This document shows positions 36,782 to 46,537 of a DNA stretch of 64,000 nt, piece after piece. The position numbers and the translations under genes are program-made. The first letter of the stretch is position 1, and each line of letters starts with the position of its first letter. The notes beneath the pieces were generated by a model that was given only the letters and a program-made list of their open reading frames with translations, searched no databases and had not been told where the DNA came from. This DNA comes from Mycobacterium sp. (GTDB taxonomy: Bacteria > Actinomycetota > Actinomycetes > Mycobacteriales > Mycobacteriaceae): the NCBI GenBank assembly GCA_044223235.1, contig JBGAME010000003.1, one strand, 5' to 3'.

Positions 36782-37771
36782 ATGCTTCCCCAGCTCGACC
36801 TGCGGCTGCTGGCGTACTTCGTTGCAGTCGCCGAGGAGTTGCATTTCGGGCACGCCGCCGCCCGGCTGCACATTGCCCAACCGTCACTGTCGGTTCAGAT
36901 CCGCAAACTCGAACACACCCTGGGCGCGGCGCTGTTCCTGCGCAGCAGCCGTCACGTCGAACTCACCCCCGCGGGTCTGGTGCTGCTGGAGGAGAGCCGG
37001 CGGCTACTCAGCGACGTCGAACGGATTGTCGGCCTCACCAGGGCGGCGGGGCACGGCACCGGCAGCCGCAAACTCGTCGTCGGGTTCCAGGCCAACGCCG
37101 CCGCGGAACTGACTCCTCAGATACTCAGCGCGTTCCAATCGCGGTACCCCCGCGTTCAGGTTCAGATGCAGTCGTTCGATTTCGCCGATCCATATGTCGG
37201 TCTGGCCGACGGTTCCTCCGACGTCGCGTTTGTCCGGCCGCCGCTCGTCGTCAGAGACTGGTTGGGAATGGAAACCCTGTTCGTCGAGCCGAGGGTGCTC
37301 GTCGTATCGACGGGCTCACCTCTCGCGGCCCGGTCCGATGTCAGCGTGGAGCAGGTGACGAACGAATTCTTCGTGGCGCGTAAGGCTCCGGAGGAGTGGC
37401 GCAACTTCTGGCTGGCCACCGAATCCCGGCAGGGTGAACCGGTCCGGCTCGGAGCCGAAGTATCCACTGTCGACGAGTGTTTCGAGGCGATCCTGTCGCA
37501 GCGCGGCGTCGCGTTCTCACAGGCGTCGACACAACGGTTCTACAGCCGACCGGGCCTCGCATTCGTTCCCGTCACCAACATCCCGCCCACTTCGCTGTCG
37601 ATCGCGTGGCGCACCGATGTCGATTCCCAACTGGTCCGCGATTTCATCGAAACCGCGCGGATCGTCGCGTCCTTGCGCACCGTCCCCAATGCGTGGCCTT
37701 CGCCCGTTGGCGCGTCCGCCCCCGGGGCAGCCGGCGGCGACTACCTGCTTGCGGCGACGATGAACCGGTGA
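36782..37771 (+). CDS. LysR-family transcriptional regulator
   Basis: LDLRLLAYFVAVAEELHFGHAAARLHIAQPSLSVQIRKLE is the HTH. The gene is divergent from the SCP2/hydrolase pair. Confidence 0.9.
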   Translation: MLPQLDLRLLAYFVAVAEELHFGHAAARLHIAQPSLSVQIRKLEHTLGAALFLRSSRHVELTPAGLVLLEESRRLLSDVERIVGLTRAAGHGTGSRKLVVGFQANAAAELTPQILSAFQSRYPRVQVQMQSFDFADPYVGLADGSSDVAFVRPPLVVRDWLGMETLFVEPRVLVVSTGSPLAARSDVSVEQVTNEFFVARKAPEEWRNFWLATESRQGEPVRLGAEVSTVDECFEAILSQRGVAFSQASTQRFYSRPGLAFVPVTNIPPTSLSIAWRTDVDSQLVRDFIETARIVASLRTVPNAWPSPVGASAPGAAGGDYLLAATMNR

Positions 37772-37814
37772 GCGGGTGTCGTCCGCTGATCGACACCGGC
37801 GCACGCCGGGCCGG

Positions 37815-38609
37815 TCAGCAAGCCTTGCGTCCGACAAGGTGGAAAACGCGACTGAGCTGACGGTACGGGTCTCGCCTGCTCGCTTCGAGTTCGACGGCGG
37901 CCGTCGCCGCCAACTGGTCAGAATCCCGTGGGTCCAACTGCGCTCCACTGAACTCGAGCCAATCGACGAACAGCCACACCCCGTACCAACGCAGCGGCTC
38001 CACGTCCCGGCGCCGCAGGAGATCGCTGAGGTGTTCCACGGTGTCGGCTCGGGTCGGGACCCCGAGCACCCCGATCTCGCCGGTGGCGTCGAACGCCGCC
38101 AGCGCGTCATCCCACCGCCGCTCCAACGCCGGGCGCACCGCCAGCGCCTTGGCGTTGCCTGCCATGATCGACACCACCCCACCGTCGGCCGCGCATCGGC
38201 ACAGCTGATCGACCAACGGCTCCGGCTGGTCGAGATACCCGAGCACGCCATGGCACATCACGGCGGCGAAGCGCGTGCCGTCGACCGCATCGACGGCGTT
38301 CTCCCCGTCGGCCTCGACGAGAGTCACCCGTCGCCGGGTTTCCGCCGGCAGTCGCTGCAGCCGCTGGCGGGCCTTGCCCAGCATCGTCGGCGACGGATCG
38401 AGCACCGTCACGTCGTATCCGGCCTGGGCCAGCGGTAGGGACTGGTGCCCCGCGCCACCGCCCACGTCCAGGACCGATGCGGGAGGCGCGGGCAGATGCT
38501 CCAGCAACTGGTGGTGCAGCACGTGGGTGCGCACGTGGCCCTTCACGGAGGCGTACGCATCGTCGGCAAAGCTATCGGCCAAACCGGACCAGCTGTCGTC
38601 GCCCACCAC
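37815..38609 (-). CDS. Class I SAM-dependent methyltransferase
   Basis: Motif I VLDVGGGAGHQSLPLAQAG with acidic loop VTVLDPS. The start is uncertain: GTG at 38609 or 38606 avoids the 110-bp overlap with the formamidase gene implied by the track start at 38744. Confidence 0.75.
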   Translation of the reverse strand: MVGDDSWSGLADSFADDAYASVKGHVRTHVLHHQLLEHLPAPPASVLDVGGGAGHQSLPLAQAGYDVTVLDPSPTMLGKARQRLQRLPAETRRRVTLVEADGENAVDAVDGTRFAAVMCHGVLGYLDQPEPLVDQLCRCAADGGVVSIMAGNAKALAVRPALERRWDDALAAFDATGEIGVLGVPTRADTVEHLSDLLRRRDVEPLRWYGVWLFVDWLEFSGAQLDPRDSDQLAATAAVELEASRRDPYRQLSRVFHLVGRKAC

Positions 38610-38634
38610 GTCGAAGATATAGGTAACGGGTCGG

Positions 38635-39888
38635 TCAGAAGCTGGCGTGCGGCGCGCCGATGCCCGGGTCGATCTGATGGGGTCCCGCGGCCGACGGCGC
38701 GATGGGGAAATCGAAGATCGCCGTCGGAATGTACACGGTGGCACAGGAATTGGGGATGTCGACCACGCCGGACAGGCGCCCTTCGATGGGCGCCGATCCG
38801 AGCAGCAGGTAGGCCTGCTCAGGGCTGTAACCGAACTTGGTCAGGTAGTCGATCGCGTGCAGACAGGCCCGCTGGTAGGCGAGGTCGGAGTTGAGGTACT
38901 TCTGCTCGCCGTCCAGCGTCACCGAGGTGCCGGAGAAGGCGATCCACTCGGAGTACTGGGGATCGGTGTTGCCGGGCATGAAGATGGCGTTCTCGGACAC
39001 CCCGTAGGTCTGCATGCCACCCTTGATGAGGTCGACATGGAGATCCATGAAGCCGCCCATCTCGATGGCCCCGCAGAACGTGATCTCACCGTCGCCCTGC
39101 GAGAAGTGCAGGTCCCCGAACGACAGGTTCGCGCCGGGGACGAACACCGGGTAGAACACCCGCGTTCCCTTGGTGAGGTTCTTGATGTCCTGATTGCCGC
39201 CGTTCTCCCGTGGCGGGGCGGTCCTGGCGGCTTCGGCGGCCACCCGGGTGAAATCGGCGCCCGTCAGCGAGCCGAGGATCGCGTCCTGGGGTTCCGGTGG
39301 CAGCGCAAGCGGCGGTACCCGGTCCGGGTCGGTGGCGATGAGCGCACCCTCACGAGCGTTCCATTTGGCCAGCAGCCCCGCCGACGGTGCGGTGCCCATC
39401 AGGCCGGGGTGGACGATCCCGGTGTACTTCACCCCGGGGACGTGCCGCGAGGTCGCGCTCTGCCCGGCAAAGTCCCAGATCGCCTTGTACGCGTCGGGGA
39501 ACTGCTCGGTGAGGAACCCACCGCCGTTGAGTGTGGCGAAGATGCCGGTGTACCCCCAGCCCTGACCGGCGAGGGGGCCGGAATCCTCCTGCGGGATGGG
39601 TCCGACGTCGAGGATGTCGACGATCAGGAGGTCGCCCGGTTCGGCCCCTTCTATCGCGAACGGACCCGACAGGCGGTGCACACCCTTCAACGGGGCGTTC
39701 AAGATGTCCTCGGCGGAGTCGTCGTTGTGAATCGCGCCGTCGAACCACTCGCGGCAGTGCGCGCGGAAGGTGTCACCCGGCTTGACGGTGACGGCGGCAG
39801 GAATGTCGGGATGCCAACGGTTGTGCCCGACAATCTGCTGCTCGGTGAATTTCTTGGTCGAGTCCAATGGGAACAGCAATTCGGGCAT
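38635..39888 (-). CDS. Formamidase/acetamidase (FmdA/AmdA family)
   Basis: MPELLFPLDSTKKFTEQQIVGHNRWHPDIP...GDLLIVDILD... at 417 aa is the family-typical N-terminus and length. Confidence 0.85.
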   Translation of the reverse strand: MPELLFPLDSTKKFTEQQIVGHNRWHPDIPAAVTVKPGDTFRAHCREWFDGAIHNDDSAEDILNAPLKGVHRLSGPFAIEGAEPGDLLIVDILDVGPIPQEDSGPLAGQGWGYTGIFATLNGGGFLTEQFPDAYKAIWDFAGQSATSRHVPGVKYTGIVHPGLMGTAPSAGLLAKWNAREGALIATDPDRVPPLALPPEPQDAILGSLTGADFTRVAAEAARTAPPRENGGNQDIKNLTKGTRVFYPVFVPGANLSFGDLHFSQGDGEITFCGAIEMGGFMDLHVDLIKGGMQTYGVSENAIFMPGNTDPQYSEWIAFSGTSVTLDGEQKYLNSDLAYQRACLHAIDYLTKFGYSPEQAYLLLGSAPIEGRLSGVVDIPNSCATVYIPTAIFDFPIAPSAAGPHQIDPGIGAPHASF

Positions 39889-40010
39889 GTCGGCCTCCTC
39901 CGTGCGATTGCTTTCGGTACTGGAACGACTCGCTCTTCCGAACCTAGCGCGGTCCTGGATGCGGCCGCATGGAAAGCACGTGACGCACGGTGGGGACTAC
40001 GGTTTCGGAT

Positions 40011-40298
40011 ATGCCGTCGTACGCGTTTCGATGCGAGCAGGGGTGCGTGGACTTCGTCGAGCACCATCCGATCACGTCCCCGCCCGACGGCACCGACTGT
40101 CCACAGTGTGGCGCACGGGCGCGGCGGATGATCGGGTCGCCCGCGCTCGGGGTGGGCCGCAACGCCGCGATGCGCATGCACGACCGCACCAGGGCGACCG
40201 CCGACACTCCCGATGTGGTGACCGGCCTCCCGCCGGCAACGGGCCCGGGGACACCGACGACCAGCAACCCGCTGCACCGGAAGCTTCCACGGGGGTGA
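40011..40298 (+). CDS. FmdB-family zinc-ribbon putative regulatory protein
   Basis: MPSYAFRCEQGC...CPQCG is the CxxC...CxxC FmdB signature. The gene is divergent from the formamidase. Confidence 0.7.
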   Translation: MPSYAFRCEQGCVDFVEHHPITSPPDGTDCPQCGARARRMIGSPALGVGRNAAMRMHDRTRATADTPDVVTGLPPATGPGTPTTSNPLHRKLPRG

Positions 40299-40367
40299 AC
40301 CCAGCGCGTCTATACGATGATTTCGACCCTATCGGTCCCCCGGCAACAGAATCAACGGTGACACCCC

Positions 40368-41111
40368 ATGCCAGATATCGTCTATCCGGCTGCTGATGCC
40401 CACGTGCCCGGCTACCTCGCCATCCCCGAAGGCGACGGCCCATGGCCCGGCGTCGTGGTCATCCAGGACGTACTCGGTCTCACATCCGACTTGAAGCGGA
40501 TCACGGACCGCTTCGCGGCGCATGGCTATCTGGCGCTGGCTCCGGCGCTCTACGGCGGCCACGGCCCCAAGATCAAGTGCATGATCAGTACCATCCGCTC
40601 CCACTTCACCGGCCGCGGCGACGCCTACGACGACCTGATCGGCGCCCGCGAATACCTGGTCGCCGACCGTCGGTGCACCGGCAAGGTCGGCCTGGCCGGG
40701 TTCTGCATGGGCGCGGGCTATTGCCTGCAGCTGGCCCCCAGCGGCCTGTTCGACGCCACCGCACCCAGTTATCCCCTCCTGCCCAAGGATGTCGAGAAAC
40801 TCCGGCAATCCTGTCCGGTCGTCGCGAGCTTCGGCGCCAAGGACCGTGTCGTCGCGCGCGGGACCGCCGCCCAGCTCGAGGCCGTGCTCACCGAAGGTGG
40901 CGTGCCGCACGACGTGAAGGAATACCCGGACGTCGGCCACGCCTTCATGAACGATCACCCGGTGCCCGCTCGGATCCGGCCCGTGGTCGGCGTCGCCCGA
41001 ATGGCCTATTCGGCGCCCGAGGCCGAAGACGCCTGGCAGCGCATCGTCTCGTTCTTCGAGGAGCACCTCAGCGAAGCAGACAGCGATCGCGATCCTGCCG
41101 GAAAAGCCTGA
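40368..41111 (+). CDS. Dienelactone hydrolase family protein
   Basis: ...WPGVVVIQDVLGL...KVGLAGFCMGAGY (nucleophile Cys elbow)...YPDVGHAF. Confidence 0.85.
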   Translation: MPDIVYPAADAHVPGYLAIPEGDGPWPGVVVIQDVLGLTSDLKRITDRFAAHGYLALAPALYGGHGPKIKCMISTIRSHFTGRGDAYDDLIGAREYLVADRRCTGKVGLAGFCMGAGYCLQLAPSGLFDATAPSYPLLPKDVEKLRQSCPVVASFGAKDRVVARGTAAQLEAVLTEGGVPHDVKEYPDVGHAFMNDHPVPARIRPVVGVARMAYSAPEAEDAWQRIVSFFEEHLSEADSDRDPAGKA

Positions 41112-41138
41112 CCCGGACCGCCCGACGTATGACGCGTC

Positions 41139-42515
41139 CTAGCGGCGCGATCGAACACGGGCCCTGATCGGGGCGCCGGCGATCATGGTGAAGTGCAAGG
41201 CAAGTGGGAAATCGTCGTCAAGAGAACAGATTTCGGCTTCGCGGACGAGGGTTGCCAACGCGAGCGTGACCTCGAGCATGGCGAAGTGGTCGCCGATGCA
41301 CGAGCGCGGGCCGCCGCCGAACGGAAGGTACTGCCAACGATCGAGTGCCTTCATGTTCCTCGGGCTGAACCGGTCGGGGTCGAACCGAAGGGGGTCATCC
41401 CACAGCGCCGGATCGCGTTGAACGGCCATCCGCCCGACGATGAGCATGGTGCCCTTCTCCACCCGATAGCCGCCGACGGCGACATCGCGGGTCGCCATCC
41501 GTGTTCCGGTGGGCGCAGGCGGGCACAGCCGAAGCGACTCCCGGATCACCTGCACGGTGTAGCCCAGCTGCGGGATGTCGTCGGGCGTCAGTGGCCGGTC
41601 AGGCAGGGCCGCAACCTCTGCCGCAACCCGGTCCTGGTACTCGACGTGGCGGCCCAACGACCACAGGGCGTACGCCAAGGCCGTTGCGGTGGTGTCGTGG
41701 CCGGCGAAGAGGAAGATGATCAGCTCATCGCAGATCTCTTCGTCGGACAACCCGCGCCCGGTCTGCGGATCTTTGGCGGCGATCAACGCCCGCACCAGCG
41801 GCGCTTCTCGCGTCGGATCCGCACGGCAGTCGCGCAGCAGATCCCGGGTCAGGGCGTGCAGCTGCGCGCTCGCCGCCCTAGCGCGACGGCGCGCCGGTGT
41901 AGGTAACCAGTGCGGGGCGCGCAGCGGGTATGTCGCGCGCCTGATTGCGTAGGTCAACGCGATCCGCAGCGGGTCGACGACCTCGTCGGACCGCCGTTCC
42001 AAGTCCATCCCCAGCACCGATCGGCCCAGCGCGCGCAGCGTGAGCGTGCGGCTCTCGGCGTCCAGGTCGATCTGGGCATCCTCACCCCACCGCTCGCGAA
42101 CCGATTGTGCCGCCTGTGCCATGTGACCACCGAACTCGTCGACACGTTGTTTGGTGAACACCGGTTGTATGGTGCGCCTGCGCGGCTTCCACGGCTCCAA
42201 GGGGAGGTCGGCGAGGTTGCCGCCGATGATGCGGCGCATCTCCTCGAAGACCGGGGTGGTCTTGTCGACGGACGCGTCCTTGGTGCTGAGGATGTCGCGA
42301 ATGGCACCTGGCGAGGTTGCCAACACCATGGGAGGGATCAGCCAGCGCGGGCCCAGTGTGAAGGCGGTGACAGGTCCGCCGGCATCACGCAGTCGTTCCG
42401 TACCGGTGCTGAAGTGCCGGACCGCCGCGATGCGCTGGCGAAGACCCAACGGGTTAACCGGCGGCAGGGGCAACGAACTGAGCTCATCGCCCGCAAGGGC
42501 TTGTACATGAGCCAC
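41139..42515 (-). CDS. Cytochrome P450
   Basis: Heme loop FGGGPRSCIGDHFA, the EXXR motif in VIRESLRL, and the I-helix FAGHDTT. A GTG start at 42515 follows an AGGAGA RBS. Confidence 0.9.
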   Translation of the reverse strand: MAHVQALAGDELSSLPLPPVNPLGLRQRIAAVRHFSTGTERLRDAGGPVTAFTLGPRWLIPPMVLATSPGAIRDILSTKDASVDKTTPVFEEMRRIIGGNLADLPLEPWKPRRRTIQPVFTKQRVDEFGGHMAQAAQSVRERWGEDAQIDLDAESRTLTLRALGRSVLGMDLERRSDEVVDPLRIALTYAIRRATYPLRAPHWLPTPARRRARAASAQLHALTRDLLRDCRADPTREAPLVRALIAAKDPQTGRGLSDEEICDELIIFLFAGHDTTATALAYALWSLGRHVEYQDRVAAEVAALPDRPLTPDDIPQLGYTVQVIRESLRLCPPAPTGTRMATRDVAVGGYRVEKGTMLIVGRMAVQRDPALWDDPLRFDPDRFSPRNMKALDRWQYLPFGGGPRSCIGDHFAMLEVTLALATLVREAEICSLDDDFPLALHFTMIAGAPIRARVRSRR

Positions 42516-42692
42516 GTTCTCTCCTGGGACGGCACCGCGATTGTTTGCAGGTAGAAGCTTAATGAGTGTTGCTGAGCGGGGCTTGCCGCCGGGGACCGCG
42601 ATGTGACGGACAACACGATGCGACACCCGCCCGGCCCGATTGGATCATCATGTATTCCGTCGGCGCCAAGCGTGACGCGACGTTGAGAGCTC

Positions 42693-43577
42693 GTGGTGAG
42701 GTTCGTGGTGAGGACAATCCGACCGCTGTGGCGGGTACCTGGGATCGTGGTGCGCGAACGGTTCCACCCGGCCGGGCGTGAGCGCGTCCCCGAACCCATG
42801 GTGATGGACGATCCGGAGTCGGTTGCCCAGTTCCACAGCGGTGGCGCGGCCAATCCCGGGATGCGGGCGATCTACGACCTGTGTGCGCGCGCACTCGATG
42901 CGTTGCTGCCGCCCGGTGGCCGGCTGCTTGACCTGGGGGTCGGTTCGGGTCGCGCGCTCAGTGCCGTCCTGCGTCGACGGCCCGACGTTCGGGCCACCGC
43001 GGTCGACCTCGCCCCGAATATGCTGACCACCGCCCGCGAGCTGTTCGACAGCGAAGGCCTGGGCGACCGCGTCGAACTGGTGCAGGCCGACATCACCGCA
43101 TTGCCCGAGCGGTTGTCCACCGGCCCGTGGGACGCGATCTCGTGCATGTGGACCTTGCACCAACTTCCGGATCTCGACGTGTTGCACGCTGCCCTCGGCC
43201 AACTCGCGGCAGTGCAGAGCCGCAGCGGAGCCGCGGTGTGGATCAGCGACTTCCAGCGTCTGCGGGATCCGGAAGCCTGCTCCAGGATGTTGGTGTGTGT
43301 TGACCCCCAATCGCCAGAAGTGCTGCGCCAGGACGCAATTGCCAGCGAAGCGGCGTCGTTCACCATTGCCGAGCTGTCGAGCGAACTGTCGGCTGCCGGA
43401 TTGCGGGGAATGCACGCTGGCCATACGACACCACTTCCGTATCTGCAGGCGCACTGGATGTTGGGTGCGGGCGGCAAACCGGATGCCCGACTCGGCAGGA
43501 ATGACGGCCAGCTGTGTGGTCAGGCCCGGCGCGAGGCGGCGTTGCTGCGCTGGGGATTCACCGCCAAACCGTTCTGA
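42693..43577 (+). CDS. Class I SAM-dependent methyltransferase
   Basis: Motif I RLLDLGVGSGRAL with the acidic residue in ATAVDLAP. The start is uncertain (internal ATGs near aa 36-38). Confidence 0.75.
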   Translation: MVRFVVRTIRPLWRVPGIVVRERFHPAGRERVPEPMVMDDPESVAQFHSGGAANPGMRAIYDLCARALDALLPPGGRLLDLGVGSGRALSAVLRRRPDVRATAVDLAPNMLTTARELFDSEGLGDRVELVQADITALPERLSTGPWDAISCMWTLHQLPDLDVLHAALGQLAAVQSRSGAAVWISDFQRLRDPEACSRMLVCVDPQSPEVLRQDAIASEAASFTIAELSSELSAAGLRGMHAGHTTPLPYLQAHWMLGAGGKPDARLGRNDGQLCGQARREAALLRWGFTAKPF

Positions 43578-43607
43578 GGCGTCCTCGGCGAATCGGCCGG
43601 CGTGGGA

Positions 43608-45788
43608 TTAGTTCTGCGGCGGGCGGATTCGGTTCAGACTGCGCCGACTCGGCTTCGACGGTGGCGGCGCGAACGTGAACCGCAACACCAGCACGATGGC
43701 CGCCGCCGGATCGATGGCGGCAAGCCGCACGAAATCGCCTTGCAGTTCCCTCAATTCGGGTGCGAAGCGCGGTGACATCTCGTAGAGCTCCGCGGTGCTC
43801 CTGGCATGCAGGAACACAGGTGACAGCGGCTGTACGCTCAGGCCTTCCCGCTGGGCGGCGATCCACATCGCCTCGACGGCAGAACCTCCCCTGGCGTAGT
43901 CGCCGAGACTATCCCCCGTCACGGTGACCACCGCCAGCGCGGAGCTGGCGAGCACCCGGTCGCGCATGTTGTCGCCCAGCGCGCTGCCGGCGTCCCACTC
44001 CGCGAGGCGGGCCATGACGTCGGGCCGGCGCACGACGTCGAGGAACGCCGCGTCGCTGGCGTCGAACTCGAGGGTGCCGACGTCCAGGCCGACGTCGGGC
44101 TCGGGGTCCCCGGGCCGGCGAAGCTCGGCCATCATCTCCGCGTGCAGCCGCGGCGTTAAGAAGCGTATACGGTCGGTAGCACCGAAAATCGCTGCGGCCC
44201 TGGTGAGCTCGCCTCGATCGGTGATCAGGTGCAGATGGGCGCCTTCACGTTCGGTTGCGATGGCGAGACGCTCGATGGTCTCGTCGCCGAGTGGCTGGGG
44301 CGTTCCGTGATGGCGGTTGGTGTGGCGGGCGAGCATCGGTTCGTACAGCTCGGCGAGGGCGGGGTCGTCTCCGTTGCCGAAGGCCATCGCGGCTCTAAGG
44401 GGGGATCCGGCGTCGCCCTCGGAGACGCTCACCGGGCCGAGCACCCCGCGTGCGGCGGCGGCGATCTGGACGTTGAACAGGGCGGCGCCCACTGCGACAG
44501 CGCTGCCGCGGAGACCGATGTCCATCATCGACGTGTGTTCTGCGGCAATGCTGATCGTGATCCTTTGCGGCTCTACGTCGATGAGCCAGGGCTGGGCGTT
44601 TCCGCCGGACGGTGCGCGCAGAGCGGCGGCGACGACGGGGTCCTCGACTGCGGGCGCCGGAGTCTCCTCGAGTGCGGGGCCGTTCAGATTCATCTCGGGT
44701 TCTTCGATCTGGTCGAGCGCCCCACCGATGTCGACGCGGCACCGACCCGATCTGAGGGTTTCACCCACACCGATTCTGCGCACCGCCTCGGCCAATGCCG
44801 AGGCGCCGACGACGACGTCGGATGCCAACTGCGGCCAGGTCGACAACGACCGGTCGATCTCGAGAAGGGATGCCGCCGTGCGTGGCGAGAGCTGTTCGGC
44901 CTCCAGGTGCCGCAACATGTGGGGGACCTTCTCCCGGCTGCTCATGCCGGGCAGCAGCCGCACATCGAGTTCACCCAGCAGTCCGTGCAGGATCGGTCGT
45001 TGCGGTGACTGATCGAAACGTTCGACGTCGACGATTCCGCGGTCACTGGTCGCCATCAGGACCGGAACGCGCCGATCGCGGGCCCCTAAGCGCAGCACGG
45101 CCTTCATGTCGAGCGAATCGCACTCCTCCACGAGGATGTCGAGTCCATCGAGGAATGGGTCAACCGTGTCGGCGGTGATCCCCGCGACGAACACATCGAC
45201 CGCCAGGTACGGGTCGAGTTCGGCGATCCTGCGGGCAGCCACATAGGCCTTGTTGACCCCGAGGTCGAACACCGTCGCCGGCACCCGATTCAGATTCGAC
45301 AGCTCCAGATGGTCGAAATCGGCCAGCCGGATACGTCCGCACAAGCCTTCCATCGCCAGGGTGTGAGCGATGACGTGGCCGACACTCAGGCCGGCGACCC
45401 CGACGGTCAGCGAGTTGAACCGGGCTTGTTCGTCGGTGGTGATGCCGTTCCTGTTGCGGTCGAGTCGGAGTGCCCGGAATCCGCGCGGACCCACCACCGC
45501 GACGACGCTTCGCCGCCAGGGGTAGTAGGCCCACCGGCCGGGTTCGGCGAGGACGTCATCCCCGGGCGCCGGGCGGAGGCTGCGCAATCCTGAACGCTGT
45601 GCGTCGCGGTGGTCGAGGAACTCCACCGCGGGGTCCGCTCGTAGCCGCTCCAGCATCTCGCGATCCGTGGCGTCGGCGGGGTCCAGGATCCGCGCGGTGT
45701 AAGCGGTTGCATCGGGCCCTATCACGGGCTCTGTCACGGTGGCCCCTGTCTCGCTGTTGAGCGCCAGACATGCGGAAATGGTGCACAT
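43608..45788 (-). CDS. Rv1355c/MoeY-like protein: ThiF/E1-type adenylyltransferase domain fused to tandem nitroreductase-like domains
   Basis: E1 Rossmann region LTVGVAGLSVGHVIAHTLAMEG...RLADFDHLELSNLNR, then a C-terminal segment of about 350 aa with a nitroreductase-like pattern (APSGGNAQPW). The start is uncertain. Confidence 0.65.
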   Translation of the reverse strand: MCTISACLALNSETGATVTEPVIGPDATAYTARILDPADATDREMLERLRADPAVEFLDHRDAQRSGLRSLRPAPGDDVLAEPGRWAYYPWRRSVVAVVGPRGFRALRLDRNRNGITTDEQARFNSLTVGVAGLSVGHVIAHTLAMEGLCGRIRLADFDHLELSNLNRVPATVFDLGVNKAYVAARRIAELDPYLAVDVFVAGITADTVDPFLDGLDILVEECDSLDMKAVLRLGARDRRVPVLMATSDRGIVDVERFDQSPQRPILHGLLGELDVRLLPGMSSREKVPHMLRHLEAEQLSPRTAASLLEIDRSLSTWPQLASDVVVGASALAEAVRRIGVGETLRSGRCRVDIGGALDQIEEPEMNLNGPALEETPAPAVEDPVVAAALRAPSGGNAQPWLIDVEPQRITISIAAEHTSMMDIGLRGSAVAVGAALFNVQIAAAARGVLGPVSVSEGDAGSPLRAAMAFGNGDDPALAELYEPMLARHTNRHHGTPQPLGDETIERLAIATEREGAHLHLITDRGELTRAAAIFGATDRIRFLTPRLHAEMMAELRRPGDPEPDVGLDVGTLEFDASDAAFLDVVRRPDVMARLAEWDAGSALGDNMRDRVLASSALAVVTVTGDSLGDYARGGSAVEAMWIAAQREGLSVQPLSPVFLHARSTAELYEMSPRFAPELRELQGDFVRLAAIDPAAAIVLVLRFTFAPPPSKPSRRSLNRIRPPQN

Positions 45789-45803
45789 CGCCTGCGGCGT
45801 CGA

Positions 45804-46472
45804 TCAGCGTGCAACACTACCGTCCGCACCGTTCGATTCCAGGAGGTGGGCTGCGGCGTCGACGATGGCTCGGGCGTGCAGTTCGAAAAGCGTCATCAGG
45901 TCGACGGCGTCGCCGCCGATTTCTTTCGCCATGAACAGCCCATCGCCGGCCGCGAGCGCGTAGGTCGCCAGGAGCTCCACGCCGCCATCGGTCAATCCCG
46001 GTGCAAGGTCTGCGATCACCGTGCGCACCTGCGCGAGCGCCTGATCGCGGACCGCCATGAACATCGCCCTGGCCCGGGGTTCGACCGGACGGCGCTCAAG
46101 CGCCAGCATCAGGCCGAGACGAAGGAATTCGGGGGAATCCCGTAGCGCCCTGGCGATCTGGCGACCCACGGCAACGGCGCGGGTCGGCGCGTCACCGTCT
46201 GGTGGCATTTGCCAGGCCGTCAGCCAGCTGCCGAAGCTGCGCTCGATGACCGCGGCCAGCAAGTCGTCCTTGTCCTTGAAATGCCAGTAGATCGAGCTGG
46301 CCGGCAACCCGCATCTGGCGCTGACCGCCCCGATGCTGGTCCCTTCGTAGCCCCGTTCGGCGGCGATCTCGGTGGCCGCGTCGAGGATGCGGCCCCGCGA
46401 GATCTCACCGTCGGCGCGTTGTCGCCGCCGTTTGGGCTTACCCGGGTCCGGCATGGATACCTCCGATGGCAT
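45804..46472 (-). CDS. TetR-family transcriptional regulator
   Basis: HTH RILDAATEIAAERGYEGTSIGAVSARCGLPASSIYWHFKDKDDL. An alternative ATG lies at 46454. Confidence 0.9.
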   Translation of the reverse strand: MPSEVSMPDPGKPKRRRQRADGEISRGRILDAATEIAAERGYEGTSIGAVSARCGLPASSIYWHFKDKDDLLAAVIERSFGSWLTAWQMPPDGDAPTRAVAVGRQIARALRDSPEFLRLGLMLALERRPVEPRARAMFMAVRDQALAQVRTVIADLAPGLTDGGVELLATYALAAGDGLFMAKEIGGDAVDLMTLFELHARAIVDAAAHLLESNGADGSVAR

Positions 46473-46477
46473 TGACT

Positions 46478-46515
46478 CCGTAGTGATCGCTACATTACCG
46501 TAGTGATAACTACGG
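46478..46515. promoter_or_regulatory. Two tandem operator-like sites that share CCGTAGTGAT
   Basis: CCGTAGTGAT occurs at 46478 and 46498. Each starts a near-palindrome (GTAGTGATCGCTAC and CCGTAGTGATAACTACGG) in the 65-bp TetR/amidohydrolase divergent region. Confidence 0.55.
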
Positions 46516-46537
46516 AAACAAGTCGGGGAGGACCACG

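Noticed and set aside
38647-40131. 494-aa plus-strand ORF opposite the formamidase gene
   Set aside because: It is an antisense shadow. The minus-strand product has the family-typical formamidase N-terminus and length.
38635-40298. Formamidase plus FmdB zinc-ribbon pair as something novel
   Set aside because: This is the well-known fmdA/fmdB-type association. I annotated it as ordinary metabolism.
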